DNA of 63,092 bases, filler included, from Choristocarpus tenellus KU-1152 (Eukaryota; Protista; Phaeophyceae): the NCBI GenBank assembly GCA_964200185.2. It is 8 parts of 8 records of this genome, joined end to end, with 100 filler letters (N's around TTAATTAATTAA, not from the genome) between each part and the next. Parts side by side here need not be neighbours in the genome. Positions count along the whole stretch, not along the records: positions 39,554 to 56,245 come from CAXNAD020000792.1; positions 56,346 to 63,092 come from CAXNAD020007439.1; 6 more parts are not named here. One strand, written 5' to 3'. Below the pieces are notes generated by a model that was given only the letters and a program-made list of their open reading frames with translations, made no database searches and was not told where the DNA came from. Positions 49,170 through 63,092 of this stretch are shown here, piece by piece. Each line of letters begins with the position of its first letter. Position 1 is the stretch's first letter. The translations under genes and the position numbers were made by a program.

Positions 49170-50650
49170 ATGGTACTGTAGAGCTCTGGTAACACAACAA
49201 TGGCACTCATCATTAGATCTGAAGGATGTGCTCAAACATTGTTTCGACGTCCTCAAGATATCTAATAGTAATGTGTTCATGACATGCACATACTCTGGGT
49301 GAGAACATATGCGCACAGCATGACGGAGAATGCATATACTCACCCCTTGAGGTACGAATCTCCCGAATGGTGCCAAGTCAGGGTAGGACGTCTGGATGAT
49401 TCCACCCCTCTTCGCCCTTGAAGCGAATCTCCTCATCCATGACTTACACTATCCTGTGGAATAACTGAACAATGCATAGGGTCGACCCATCAACCAGGAC
49501 CAAAACGGAAAAAAAATCCTTCGATATTTTCACAAGGAACTGGATTTCAAACCGTAATTTGCCATACCAATTCTCATCATTCCGCACCTCTTTGAGCACA
49601 TGCTTAACAGTATCACGTATCTTTCGGTAAGCACCATTTGCAGGGTCAACGTAGATTGTAGCCTTGATCAGTCACAACCTCTACCAATTTTGATTTAGAA
49701 AAGAGTGGCAAATGGAAAGGACAACATATATATGTTGTCCGAGGCAGCTAAAGGGAAACAGAATTGATGCACTTGTCTCCCACAGTCGACCTTTTGAGTA
49801 AATGCAGAGTTGCCAGGATCTTATCCATAACGCATGTATGCCTTACTCCGAGGATAATTTCTGGGTGTACCATGGTCAGACATGATACACAAATGAATGG
49901 AGGAGACGTTCTAGAATGATGAACATGGTGCACAAACAACTATAGAAATGCAACAAATATATGCTTTTTTGGGAGACTTATCCTTGAGGATGGTAATGCT
50001 CTTCTGGAGGTGCTTGATGCACTTGATGATCACCTTTGTGCATGTGAATTTTCCACAGTCCATTCCTTCTTACAGATATCACTGAGGACGAGGTCAACCC
50101 ATGAGCAGCATTTGCCAATGCTCTTCTCATACACCTCGTACACACAGGGTTTTCGAGCACACACACACACCATACCCTTTTTATCAGCTGAAGTGCCCAC
50201 TTAAGTTGTATTCCACTGAGTGCATTGAAGTCCACATGGGGTACACTCCATTTTCATAGTTCCTGCCTTCTTTTCTCAAACTCCTTGGTGTACCAGAACA
50301 GTGGGCGTTTATGATGAGATTTAACCACCTCCTAAGTCCTGGTCATAGATCCTGCAGAGCTAAATGTTCCGACAAAAAGTAACTTTGCTGAGACAGCGAT
50401 GGAGCGCACAGAAGACTGATGTAGTTACAGTCCCATACATGGTGTGACGTCGTAGAGAGGTGTTGTAGGGTGTGGTCTTCCTCTCAGCCATACCATGAGC
50501 CAAACAATATTATATCCACATTTCCAATGCTCTAGATAGAGGGGAAAAGGAACAAGCAGGGGGTTTCCACACCTTGGAAGGCGTTTAAACTTATAGTACG
50601 TTATATCTTGTCGCACTATGTAGCAATTTCAAGATGTGTCATACGTTTTA
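49170..50650 (-). pseudogene. Decayed hAT-superfamily (DUF659-type) transposase
   Basis: CCSWVDLVLSDICKKEW (like CAAHCLDLxLEDIGKxxW, ~50100), CTMFIILERLL (like RFATxFxxLxRLL), VLVLVDG and IREIRTSRGEYMHSP (like RWxxxHxPLH), in the correct order. Confidence 0.68.
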
Positions 50651-53506
50651 GAGGAGACACCAGGATAGTGGACTAGACTTGTGAGATTCTTCTCCTCCTG
50701 CTTCTTAACCGTCTTCTTCATAGTGTCAGTCTAATAGCAGTTTCAACCATACTCTACATTAGTTGTTATGGTACTACGTAGTACCAACACAAATGTATTG
50801 TTAATATATTTTCTTTTTTTATTGTTTTCAAATTATACAGCGCATGTTAGTGCATCTAATAATGGCCCTTCATTGTTGTAGTGTTTGTTTTGACTTTGCC
50901 TTATGTTTCTTCTTTCCCTCTATACAACAACCTCGCTATTCAAAACGTCAGTGGGCACGATACTATAATATATCTTTTTGAGTTCAGTACTTTGCTTGTC
51001 ACTCCGATCCTTCCACGAACCTTATAGCATGAAATAAGAAAGTCAGCATAATAAGTTAAGACATCTATTAAAATATCACGCGTTTTTTGAACGCCTCCTA
51101 GGGTGTGGAAGCCCCTTGTTGTTTTTTTCTAGTTACTATAGGCAAGTGTATGTGCGTTGATTAATGAAAAATGTGTGTGGAAATAGCCTACTTTTCCTGC
51201 ACGTCTGGATTAATATAGCGTCAGTAAGAGAAAAATCCAATATGCTGGAAATACACATGATTAATTCAGAAGAAGATTTTCAGTTGCCCTTGATTCAGTG
51301 CTGATGTTCAACGTATGGCACGTTGATAAGGCGAAAGGCCGCCCAGTTGGAATGGGGGCCCCTCTCGAAGGTCCAAATATTGATTATCGCTGCCTTTTTG
51401 TCCTCTTTCTCATTTCAGAATCACGATCTCCTGTAGAATCTAGTATCTGAGACGCGGTTTGTATACTCATGTTTTGCTTAAGGAAGACTGAGGAATATGT
51501 GTCTGCGAGGGGCTGACTGTGAAGAGTGAGTAAGACAATATCATAATTCTTTTGATACACCTCTTCTGTATTGCCATAGCATTGTAGAGCTGCGTGAATA
51601 ATGTATTCTGTGGCAGTGTAGTTCATTAAGTGCGGCAAAGATTAATCTGGCAGACCACGATGAAACCATAATTGAGAGGACGAGGTTAAAGGTTGGACAA
51701 GTATGAGTGTGCAGAGTGACGAGAGGGGAGAATCGAGATCCAAGTAGGGGAGTTCTGAAAGGATTCCTCAGTCATTGATCGCACTCCAACTGGTCTTCCC
51801 CTGTGTAACAATGGTTCTTCACCAGGGTCGTCAACAAAGTTCTAGGAAAGATCATCAAATGATATAAAGGTATATGGTACAGAACTAAACGTATGATAAC
51901 AGACAACCCTGCTTCTTGCATCAACCCCCATTCTGATGAGTCTCGAAGCCATGCAAGCATGATTCAAGGCCAACGAAAGGTTAGCTCTGAGAGAAAGTGG
52001 GAAACATACGTGATTGTTAGCATGATACTGCACCATTATAATACACAACTTCATTGACACAGAATAAAGTGTACTACTTGAACGTGGCATTATTAATTCA
52101 TGTCTAATCGGGATAACATTAGCCAATAATATAGTTGACGGTATGTGGTCAGCATCTCGCATCATCAAGCTCAAGGTCTGAGGGCATCGGGTCAGCAACC
52201 CAGTCAGCCCAAATATGAGTCAGGAGCTATATGGGGCCACCAGTGCAAAGGCGCATTTTACAGGGTTCAAAACCTTATGAAATTGTCACAGTGTATGTTT
52301 CTTGGAAAGTCTAGGACAAAGACCCCCCATCGTTCCAGTACCTTGCTCATCTTGTCGTCAACCATCCGGTCCCAATTCTTCGGGGCAGAAGTCTGTCCAA
52401 AGTTCATACTTAAACACTTTGACGAAGAACAGCGTAGTGGCGGGATGCCTGGAGGTGAGAGGGCGTGAGACTCAGATGGTTTGCAGAGGACTTGGGAATT
52501 TTAGTCAGGAAGAAATAGGAAAATACATTTACTTTGAGACCATATCGCCTCAATAGGCAAATGAATTTTTGGAGATATTATAGTCGTAAACCAGAATTAT
52601 GTGTTTGTGGTAATGGTAATGCCTCACCATGCACACTACTATGATTGTAAGAACTGTCCAGTAATTTCAAAACATGTGTACCATATTAAGGTGCTCACAT
52701 CACCTTTAGAAGAATTCAATCTCAATCCTACACATAACAGAATTTCAACTCCTCTCAACTCCACCCCATACATATATATTTATTGCTTCCATACAAAGAG
52801 ATATGACAGAGTCAACCAACCGACTTTCTCTAAATTATGGATTTTACTGGTACATTTTGTTGAAGTAGTAGTTGAACCTTTCCTTTATTGAAGTCTATTT
52901 AAAAAAAGCAATGTGTTCACACTTTTTTTCACTTTTTCTTTCCTCTTTTTTGCCACAAGTTTGACCTGTTTGTAGTTCTGTTTTTGAAATGTTGAATACT
53001 AAGAAATGGTATATACTGCTACTGTGTGTGTAAGGTGGTTAGGTTTCTACTTGATGCATGTGCATGTCCAAAATGTGAGAGATCGCCATTGGTAAGTAAA
53101 ATAAGCCTATACCACTCTTTATTACCCTCCGATTTCTTCGTAGTGAAGAACTGAGAATTTCATGGACGACAAATTTGGGGGCCCCAAGTAAAACGGCCCT
53201 ATCACCTCTGGAAACCTTTTTCATTCTTATAACCGTATCTTTGGTACTCTGACCAATCTCGTAAAAGTGACTCCTTTCTCAATCTTGCTCCCCCAGCAAC
53301 ACCTAATAATAACCATAGCCTGCTACTTCTAAATAATTCCCTGGTAGTTGCTGCCTGTCTTGATGTTTTCTTGCATGGTTCTGAACTTGATACAGCGACA
53401 CAATACAACATAGTATAGTACCCATCCTGCACGCTTAGAGTTCTGTGTTATAATTGAAGACGACAAGTGGTAGGAACCTAAAATAGTCTATAGGAACCAC
53501 GACGCC

Positions 53507-56181
53507 ATGGCGTACGAGATAGAATTTTGCCTTCATGTAGACACCACGTGCACGGTCAAGGGACACCCGGCCTTCCAAGCATGTAATACGCTCTTTCTCT
53601 CCATGGCCCTCCTCGGCATGGCATGGTCCATTCATATCCTCGTGCGCCTTAGATCCACGACGGACATTGGAATTTGCCGTTGGTCATCTTCCACGGTGAG
53701 AGTTTGCCAAGCCAAGGAGTGCCTCGTTGAAATGTTGAAGTCCTCTCGATCTATTCCTAGTCGTGGCGCACCACAGTCAATTGGAGGACACCAGCAATGT
53801 GTTGTAAAATTACCGTAATAGACCATACTACATACTAGTAGGGGAACATGTGCATCTAACATTCGATGTAACACGCACTGCTGAACTTGGAAGAACAACG
53901 CATACCATCATCAGTCAGAAATATATCCCTCCATTTTCCATATATATACGTGTATCTCGTTGAACGATAGTTACATAACCAACTGCAGCACTTAACTCAT
54001 TTCCTCCCCTTACCCTCGAACATCTGAACACCCCCTCTTTCCTCCTCAACCTTGTTGGCTCTTCTTACACCCTAGAGATGACCCCGATCGTGAATTCTTG
54101 TCTCACCTTCTACCCTACCTGTTACATTCTGCTTCTTTCTCGTCACCAGTGGAAACTTGCTGTGATTCCGTTGTTGGAGATAACGAATTGCGTGGTGTCT
54201 ATCGTGATACACTCGTACCAACTCTGGAATGACGTGCCTGTGTTTGGGAGAGAAAGACTATTGACCGTGCTACACTGCGTCAATAGCATTATATTTCTGG
54301 GAATTATGCAGCCATGGATGTGCTATTCTCTATTGCGCGTATGCTTTGGGGCACTGCTGCATGACGGACAGGGCCTGAGCTTTCGTAGGTGAGGTTGATT
54401 CGTAGCAGAGCGGTAAGAGTTTGAGACAGGGCTAAGTGGAAGGTTATGGTTGGGAGTGTTTCGAAAAGGTTCGATTTGAGGATATCATAAAACCGACCAA
54501 AACCATAGAATATTTTTTTAAGGTAGGAGGAAATGATCAAAGGTTGGACAGGTGGCAGTTCCCACTTCGAACTTTGTTCCCGCCTCTTTCTGCACAACAG
54601 GCAAGTCTCACCTCCCCCTAAGGAAGCAACAACTGAAAACGAATAACCCCAAGAATCAAACATCAAATATGGCAACGACTCATAATGCCTGAGTCTAGCT
54701 ACTTTATGATGTTAGATAAATCTGTAGCAGCACTGTATTAACGTACATATTAAGGCGATAATATCTCCTTACAGCCTCCAACATTTAGGAAATAGACACC
54801 AGGTCAGAAACATCATCAATATGCAGTCAGTAGCCAGTGCCTCCGGTATGCCCACCCTTTCAAATTCCGGCAGATGTTGGAATGTAATATGATCAAGCAA
54901 AACACAATGTGCAAACCTGAACAAACTGACGAAAAAGGGGGTAAATTATGTAGTAACTCGTTTTGAGGATGAGTATGAGAGGGTTTTGGACCGGTTTGTT
55001 GGATAGACTGGACAGTTTTGAGACAATCATACAAGCTCTATGAGAATATCTTACCCATCCTAATTATGGTAAATTTTTAGTGATACAAAACTTTGCACAG
55101 ACAGCTTCACAACATATGAAGATATGGTCTTTATTGAAATGATTCAACAAGAGAAAGGTGTGCTTTGGTCATGATTGAGTTTTGGTCTTTTTTGCACAGC
55201 TTTTTTTGGTCTTTGCACCCTGTGCTTTGACTCCACTAGGCAAGTGCCTTTCTCAGAGAGAAGTAATCAAGCATCTTGGATGTTTTAGGTTGAGTAAGAG
55301 GTCAAGAGAGTGCCATTCCAAAACAACATATGGATTCATACCACACCTCAGCACCCACTGTGTACTATTCACGTGTGTAAATATGTTCTGATTACACCCA
55401 ACTCAAAAAGACATTATCGGAGTTGTTATCAAGGGATCTTTGGCACTTCACACCTAGCAAGTACACTCATTCATCAGTATGTTATGGATAGCTGAGGAAA
55501 TTGTGTGCAGTACATAATAAGTATCAGTTGATTTTGTGCTTGGACTTGCTTTGTGACTACAGATACTGAGTAAATTCTAAGGGTACTTTGACGCAGATCC
55601 AACAAATGCGAACTTGTTCCTTCTTAAATATGGTTGGATGTCCCTCGCCTAGACTACATAAGGTGTGAAGGTTACCAAGGAATCAGGGAGTGGGGTGACT
55701 ACTACTGTCTTCAGGGGTAGATAAGCTGTGAATGGTGTACTACCTGAAGTCCTGCTTGATTCAATGTGTTGGAGAGAAGATGAGATAGTTTATGCTCTTG
55801 AGCAGCAACTAGTATCAAGGACACAACACTCACTTTGCCTGTCTATATATTTCATTTCTTAATGGTTGGCATATGCTTGATGCTCTTCTTGTGATGGACA
55901 GGTTCCAGAATGCGGTCATCATTGGTGCAATATTTAATATTATGCTTTCACTGCCAACCTTCATTTTGTACGGATATGTGCACCCATTGGTGCCTAGCGT
56001 TCTTGTCCTCGCCTTGGAAGTCCTCACTGCCATTCGGGACATCTTCTTCTTCAATTTGGCCATCAAATGGTTTGCACCTCTGGTGGAAGGGATTTCGAGT
56101 GCAACGACAAATAAAGTGTTGGAGTTGCAGCAGCTTTGTGTCAAGACCAACTTCTCCATTGTCATGGTCATCTCAACAATG
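53507..56181 (+). CDS. Multi-pass (7TM/GPCR-like) membrane protein, 3 exons, 3'-incomplete
   Basis: Exons 53507-53695, 54150-54388 and 55902-56181 join in phase through GT-AG sites. The ~236-aa product has 5 hydrophobic segments and the start of a sixth. Confidence 0.72.
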
Positions 56182-56198
56182 GTGCGTCATATTGCTCT

Positions 56199-56245
56199 GA
56201 GCCAAAGTATCTTAGAGGGTAGAGCCGCGTCCATTTGGGGATCAA
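56199..56245. mobile_element. MITE family B end
   Basis: GAGCCAAAGTATCTTAGAGGGTAGAGCCGCGTCCATTTGGGG. Confidence 0.85.
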
Positions 56246-56345
56246 NNNNNNNNNNNNNNNNNNNNNNNNNNNNNNNNNNNNNNNNNNNNTTAATTAATTA
56301 ANNNNNNNNNNNNNNNNNNNNNNNNNNNNNNNNNNNNNNNNNNNN

Positions 56346-56473
56346 GTCTTCCTGTGCTTCCCATTTACCTACTCCTGTGCCTCGGGGGGGGGAGCTAGGG
56401 AGGCATCCCAAGAATCCAACAGACCCCTGCGTGCCCATCACTATTTCATTATTATGCCCTCTGACATTTTGCC
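56346..56473 (-). mobile_element. RLE non-LTR element fragment (tail motif followed by a truncated copy)
   Basis: Reverse complement reads CAAAATGTCAGAGGGCATAATAATGAAATAGT-GATGGGCACGCAGGGGTCTGTTGGATTCTTGGGATGCCTCCCTAGC. Confidence 0.7.
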
Positions 56474-56912
56474 CATCACTATTACTATTGTTTTTGAGAA
56501 TGTGTTTGTGTTCTTACATACACGTTTTAATCTTGTACGTTATAAATGGTATGTTCGAAGCTGAAGGCTATTGGCTGATCCAGTCATTCCTCTTAAATCA
56601 CAAATTTATTTTTGACGGTTGGTCCATCTAGTTATTATGTTCTTGTATGGTCTTCGAGTAGTGTTAAAAAAGATGATCCATTTGGACTGGTCCCTGATCC
56701 GGTCCCTTCACGTACTGAAAGTCCTTTGTAAACAAAAGTAGTAATTTAGGAAAGTGAGGTTTACCCCACCTACAACTTCCATACCCTTACGACCAGGTGT
56801 TGCTAGTATCCTTGTGTATTCACCTTAAACAATGGAGGATCTGGGGTGATGACTTCATCTTGCTTCTGATCATTTTGGGTTTGACGCTGACATGATGTCC
56901 ATCAATTCCAAG

Positions 56913-58353
56913 AGTGTCCAAGCACTCCTCTACCTTCGTGGAGAAATCCCAGACGACTACCGCGTAGTGGCATGGAAGGCTCTGCTATCTCTTCCGGCTA
57001 ACTCTGGTTCCTTTAAGGAACTTATTCGACGTGGTCCACACCCTCTTGCTGTGGCGACCGTGGTTCGCTACCCCTTGCGAGATCGCAAGGTGGCCCGCAA
57101 ACTGACTGTCCTGGTGTCTGCATTGGCACACTGGTCTGCAGTCTTCGGTGTGGCCGAGTTTGTCCCTTCTTGGGTATTTCCCTTTGTTGTTGTTTTCGGG
57201 CAGGTGAGATGCTGCTCCAAACCTGTTTACAGAGTCAACCTCGGCTTTATGTATTCTACCAACGACATTTTCCGGGGATATATCTCAGCTTGGTCGTAAC
57301 TCTCGAATGGTTCTGGGTCGCTATCAAGCTTTCCTTACACCTCGCGCTTATAATCCATGAAATAGTTGAGGCATAGACTGTACCTTGACGGCCCGTTTCA
57401 TATCATATTTCAAGAAGATTTCTCCTACACTTGTTGTACCACCCTCACTGCGTCCGCAAGTTTATAGGATGACCTAGGGGCTTTTGAGGCTGCGTTGTCA
57501 TTTCTCCTTCACTGGGGCTCAAGGTTGCTTGTGAACTTCCCACAGCCCCCAATGCCGATCCTTGCCATTATGGAGTCCTCTCTTCAGCATCATGACCCAC
57601 GGATTTCAAACCACCTGCGAGGTTTGGGTGTTGGTGCCCTATCTTTCGGTTGGCCCATGCTGCGAAGTGCTTTTACCGAGGTCCTGAGCCGGTCTGACTG
57701 GCTCCGGCTTTGCGACCACCTTTTCGCCAATGCCAATGATCCAACCCTGCTTGAAGCTGCTGGGGTCGCGTTCGTTGTTGTCTTGCGGGGGCCTTTGCTG
57801 ACCATTTCGTCACACAAGGAGATGGAATTCTTCTTTCGAACACAGCAAGCCGTGGACATTGCAGAGATGCTGCGAGTCACACACCTCATCACAAGGGAGA
57901 TGCGAGAGGAGGGTGGACGAGGGAGGGATGCCAAGGATATGCTATTTGGCCTGTCACCTGTGAGAAGATACAATCCTTTGCCACAAGGCTCCTATCCCCC
58001 ATTTAACGGATTTAGAGACTTTATTCTTGACTATCAGGCGCAACAGAGAGAAAAGATTGCTACTGAGGAACGAGAGATGCGCCGGAAGCGTCTGGTGAGT
58101 GGACCCTGGATATCCACCCCAAAATCTCGCTCACGACAATGTAGTGTATTCAAATATCTCACGGAATATTGACTCTGCATATTGTTCTTTATTTGTGATG
58201 TGTTCAGTTCTTACAAGCGTTAGCACATCTCATTCTATCCTTGACCCACAAAATACTACAAGCTAACTGACGCAACACATGCCCTTACTGCATTACCTCT
58301 TTATTCCAGGTGGTGGACCTAGAACAGAGGGCAGAAGACATTGGGCAGGACAG
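56913..58353 (+). CDS. TBC1D31: TBC1 domain family member 31 (WDR67)-like, internal exons
   Basis: Exons ~56913-57203, 57468-58094 and 58310-~58353. GEIPDDYRVVAWKALLSLP, YPLRDRK, SALAHWS, FPQPPMPILAIME and WPMLRSAFTEVLSRSDWLRLCDHLF match the TBC1D31 Rab-GAP domain as I recall it, followed by a coiled coil. Confidence 0.88.
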
Positions 58354-58549
58354 GTTTCCTTCATTGGAGATGGTGCCCGGAGCGGACAGGAACATTTATT
58401 GAGGATTTGGGTCAGGCAGGGTGGGGTAAGGGTAAGTTTGTAAAAGTATGACAAGGTGTGCGGGATGGAACAAGGGAGAATGGACTTTGCTCCTCAGTCT
58501 GCAGCAGGAACTGGGAAGGCTAGGGCAACCTTGTCCTTCCTCCTGGCTA

Positions 58550-60330
58550 GGCGAACTTGTGAACCTCCAGTCCGGAAGGTGCTTCTAGCAACATGCAGGG
58601 AGAGTTCCATAAAGTAGCATATGCTATTATTCTCTTTTTGGTGCAGACAATGTCGGAGTTCAGATCAAATTGCAGTGCCAACATTGCCTGCTCTTGTTCA
58701 AGTTTTGAGCATCCTTCATTCAGCATGTTGGAAAAAGTCATTGTCTGGAAGCTTCGTGTCCGTTATGATCCACCTGGGCAAGCATGATAATCATTTCGGA
58801 TATCTCATGGTATTCTCACTTGAGAGGAATAAAGATTAAGCGAACAATTGGTTTTTAGAAGGCCCTGATGAGAGCCTGAGGAGATTGTGACTCGAAATTT
58901 TTGATGTTATTAATTTTAAGGATCAAAGTTCAACAGCCTTTGTGATTTTTTTTGTAGTTGCGTCTCTCAGTCTTGCACTGCTTTCAAAATTGGATTCTGG
59001 TACATCTTGTAACTCACCAGGTCACCGTCTCTCTCAGTTTTTCAAAATGTGGAATGTTTCAATATTTTGGGGTGAAATGACAAATTGCCTTCCACATGAC
59101 ATGAGAACCAAATCCCTTGCTTTTCGCTTGAATGTCAACAGTCTTGGTTCTTTGTGGTAGGGTAACATCATCTTTTGATTTTTTTTTCAAGCTGATTTTT
59201 TTTTTAATTCCAAAGCAAACATTTTTGTCTTGAGATGTGAGGCCTCTTTGCTGGACAGTCACAGGAGACACCCAAAATGCACAGTTTATAAAGAAAATCT
59301 TGGAGGGCTCTCTGGAGCATCCCTTTGAACTTCTGGGGCCTTTGATGATATGAATCGAAACAACATTTGAGGACTTAGGATCCTCTATGCCAAAGCTGTG
59401 TATTGCCAAGCTGCAGAACAGAGACTGCCCTATACCTTTTCCTGGCCACATTTTGAACAAGTATATCCTGTTGTGTCCGCTAGTCACAATTGGTAAGATT
59501 TCAGGGAATTTGTTGGCCACCTTGCTTGGCGAAGTTGCACGTAATTTTTCCATATATGACAGCATAGTCTGAGCCATCCCTCAGAGGGGTGCATGGCCAC
59601 TTGCCTCCATCCTCCGTCTGGTACAAAGGTATCCATCCATAGCCCATGATCCTTGTGATTTCTGAGCAATTGACAATGCCTTGAAGGCACAGACACCCTA
59701 CCTGGAGGAAGTATATCCTGGGCAATGGAACATGAATTGAGGGGGACAATCCAGGTAGAACTGGAAGGAAAATGTTTGCAAACTTGTTGCGCTTTTGATG
59801 ACTTACTGGGTATGGGTTTGTCAGTAACACCAAGAATTGAATTTCTCTGTTGTGAGTAGAAGGTAAGGGAGCTTCGTAGATGCAAGGTAGCCCTTGTTGT
59901 GGGAAAGGGGTCATGCTTTTTTTTTCTCTCTTCATATTAATTGTTGATTTGTACCACATTTCACCGATTAGGACACAATTCTAGATTTTGCTAGACCAAT
60001 AATGAAAATAGCAATGCTTCTTATTTTGAAACACAATCGTTTATTTTTCCACTTGTGTCGGTTTCCTACACTTCTATACCACCCTGCAACAGGGGTTCTA
60101 AGGTGCCAAAGACCATCTTGGAAGCCCAGACACCAGTTGTTCTTCTGTTTGCCCCAGTCCATCTTTTCCACATTCAAGCTTTCCAAACATGACGATCTTG
60201 GGTTGCCCCTCCCCCTAGTACCTGTAACTAACACCGTGAACAGGAGCACTACAGGTGGACAGACCCCCCCCACACTTTTTGGGGACGAATTGAAAGGTAT
60301 CAATTTGACTGCAGTACTGTGCACTGCACA
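58550..60330 (-). mobile_element. Possible decayed EnSpm/CACTA-like transposase
   Basis: NWCLGFQDG and LVLLTNPYPVSHQKRNKFANIFLPVLPG resemble the LGLxTDG and NLPPxxRxKxENIxLxxLIPG motifs. The match is fragmentary. Confidence 0.33.
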
Positions 60331-61354
60331 GGTTGAATGGCGTATGATTTGAGCAGTGTTATATCATTGTGCAAGGGACAGGAGTATATTTGCACAAACC
60401 AGGACACAAGTTGGAAGTTCCTAGAAATTCCTTCTTTACGTAGTAAAGTCTCACCCATGGTGATATGCATCTAGGAACCCAAACAAATCGGATTCTTGAT
60501 CCAATGCCCAACATAATACATACCTCTTCTGGTGAACGATAGATGTGTTGGGTTTTGAGAGCTGGAGGGAGGAGGTTGTATTTTTTTATCTATTAATATT
60601 GTGTTTGTCATGTTGTGTTCAGTAAATTGTAGCGACTGCTTTGGTATGGATAGATGAAGTGGATAGGTATTCCATCACCTGAATGCATAAATGCACACAG
60701 TCTATAATTTAGAGTTCTGTATCAGAGTACCATTGAGCTTATGCCCCTCAAAGATAGGATGACTTGTTGAAGCACCAAAACAAACATTGCAACAGCAAGA
60801 ATTGGGGTGTGAACCAGTTAGACCGCCCATTGCTAGGCCTCCTGTGCAGTTTGATCTTTGCAAAATCTGTCTCGATTCTGTTGGCCCGACTGAATGGGGC
60901 AGACCTTTCTAAATCCGACGAACCTTGTAGATTAATGATCATTGTGTGCACTGTTTGCATTTTGAGAGGGCGATTGAAGGAGAGTACAATTTCTTACTAG
61001 CAATTGTGAAGCACAAGACATCCATCAGATTCCATTATCATGTTGACGGTAAGGTCTGATGAGTCGTTGGGAGAAGGTGTCAATGAACGGGTTGGTAATT
61101 AGATACGCTCCCCTGCCTTAAGATGGAGTCTGATATGGAAATTCTGTAAGGGATATAACGGTTATGTAGTGATGGAAACAGGTGGAGTCAAGGGTCTATT
61201 ATATGGCTTGACAGGATGTTCCGACTCAGTTATTAGTTCTATGGTTGAGAAGGCACAGATAGTAACACAACAAGGAAGTCGAGAGAGATTAGGGGGAGGC
61301 GAGGAGGTAAGCTCAAGCAGTCATCCCCATCCACACACCCTCACAATTGCTAAA

Positions 61355-61613
61355 GAGTAAAAGTAATGAAGAGGTTGGCAAATTTGCATTTTCAGGATTT
61401 TGAGAAAGGTCAGAAACACGCCATTTTCTAGATTTATAGAAAGAACCTTTGCTGATTTATAATGTCACTTTGTGCGAAGAAAGGGAGGATGTCAATTTCG
61501 CGTAAACTATAGTGCACGTAGAGAAATGAAATAGGGTGTATTGCACAGGGTAGCAAACATTGCTTAAAATGCAAAAGGGTCTAAACCTGCCTACCTCTCA
61601 ATTACTTTGACTC
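61355..61613. mobile_element. MITE family C
   Basis: GAGTAAAAGTAATGAAGAGG ... CCTGCCTACCTCTCAATTACTTTGACTC, with flanks TAAA/TGAA. Confidence 0.8.
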
Positions 61614-61670
61614 TGAAGTGCACGAGGGGAACAGGAGAGGTAAGAGAAGAAACTTTTTGGCAGTATGAAT

Positions 61671-61925
61671 TAGCCAAATCAATTGAGAGGTAGGTAGGTT
61701 GGACTCCTTTGCATTCTGAGTCATCTTTCCTACCCTGTGCAAATACACTCTTATCTTATTTCTTTACGTGCACTATAGAGTACGTGAAATTGATATTTCT
61801 ACACACAAAGTCACATCACATAATCAGCAAAGAAAGGTTCTTTCTGCAGTTGTAGAAAACATATTTCTGCCCTATACCGAAATCCTTAAAATGCAACCCT
61901 TCCTACCTCTCTATTGGTTTGGCTT
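61671..61925. mobile_element. MITE family C
   Basis: TAGCCAAATCAATTGAGAGGTAGGTAGG ... CCTACCTCTCTATTGGTTTGGCTT. Confidence 0.8.
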
Positions 61926-63074
61926 TAGATACTTAAGAAACCAAGTGTTTATGTCAGGATGAGTTTTATTAGTGTTGTTAAATACGACTGAGTGACAAGG
62001 AGGAATTGGATAGGTATTAGGTAGGATGGAAAGTTACAATGTGTGGGGTTGCACACTCCGAATGATCGAATGGTTTGATGGAGTGATTGTTACCAAACCC
62101 AGGTCAGACTGTTGTTGTTTCTGATAGGTTCAAGTTTTGGAAGTTTCGCAATTGAAGGGTGAAGGAACGTTCCCAATGAGGTTGAGGGGAATCTATATAC
62201 ATCCATTGTGTGGAATGAGTGGGCAATTGATGGTGTGGGTTACTCCGACTTGGGTGGGGGGGTGGTCATACGAAATTGTTGGTATTTGGAACAGAAATTG
62301 TTGAAGATGTCGGAATAGTTATAGAGATTTGGTTAACTTGAATGGGATTCACAATCCCTAGATATTTCTCATGCAAGAGATTTCACTAGTCAAAGAATGC
62401 CCAAGATTGTCCCGTAAGGCATCATGTTTTCATCGATGAAATATAAGTAACGATGAGTTGGAAGTTGTTGGAACGAATAAATGGAAGGTTGAAATATTTA
62501 TAATTACTCAGTACAAACAGGAGGAGGGGAGAGGAAAGCTTAACACCATTCAGAACACGTTTTTAGTGATTAGGTGCAACATTCTGTCTCAGACACTCAT
62601 TTACAAGGTACTCTCAAACACTATCATGATAAGGAGTGCAAACGGATTGCCACGTGCGCTAAAAATATAAAATTATACAATATATTAGAATGGGTGTAAC
62701 GATCGATATACTGGCTTTTAATAGTAGCGTATTGTAGACATAATAGTGTCGATTCTTCATAGGAAGTCGTGTTTGCCTTTGAGATTGCACCGATTACCAC
62801 GTTGAAGAATTCTCCATTTGAGCCATGTTAGGGTTGTGCTTGACAGATTGTTGGCATTGTCATGTCCAAGAGAGTCTATTGTTCATGAGGAATCCATCGG
62901 TGACCACCCCTTACTCTGATTCGTTCAATAATATGGGAGGAAATTTCTTTAGTGAGTAGTATACACATAATTGCAATTATCGTTCCGAATTGTATGCATT
63001 TAGAACCCCTAGCATGAAGTCACAGGTCAGCAGTTGAGATTCTTGACGAGTTTGTGGGCAGAGAAGGGTGTTCG

Positions 63075-63092
63075 GGGTCAAAGTATCTGGGG
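63075..63092. mobile_element. MITE family A end
   Basis: GGGTCAAAGTATCTGGGG at the window end. Confidence 0.65.

Noticed and set aside
51380-53430. Minus-strand gene divergent from the 7TM-like gene
   Set aside because: Only scattered acceptor-like sites were seen, with no consistent reading frame.

Overview
This is eukaryotic, intron-containing, repeat-rich DNA. It is probably a brown alga or close stramenopile, inferred from the style of its retroelements. The window is 8 contigs joined by artificial N44-TTAATTAATTAA-N44 linkers, so adjacency across linkers is not evidence of real neighbourhood. Host gene fragments are the 3' end of a MORN-repeat gene, a centrin-like EF-hand gene with a GC-AG intron, a TBC1D31-like gene, a 7TM-like membrane protein and an unknown multi-exon gene. 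Decayed mobile DNA includes a Helitron Rep/Pif1, an RTE LINE, Ty1/copia pieces, an RLE-type (CRE-like) non-LTR element, a hAT transposase, and about 20 MITE copies or ends in 3 families sharing a GAGYCAAA-like terminus. The most unusual locus is in contig 5 (minus strand, about 34720 to 20600). It is a spliced, partly decayed unit reading ParB/Srx-like domain, 41-aa repeats, Ser/Thr kinase (possibly tandem), S/P-rich linker, then a tyrosine-recombinase-like domain. It is a candidate new YR-mobilised (Crypton-like) element. All domain calls come from manual translation and motif recognition; no searches were run.
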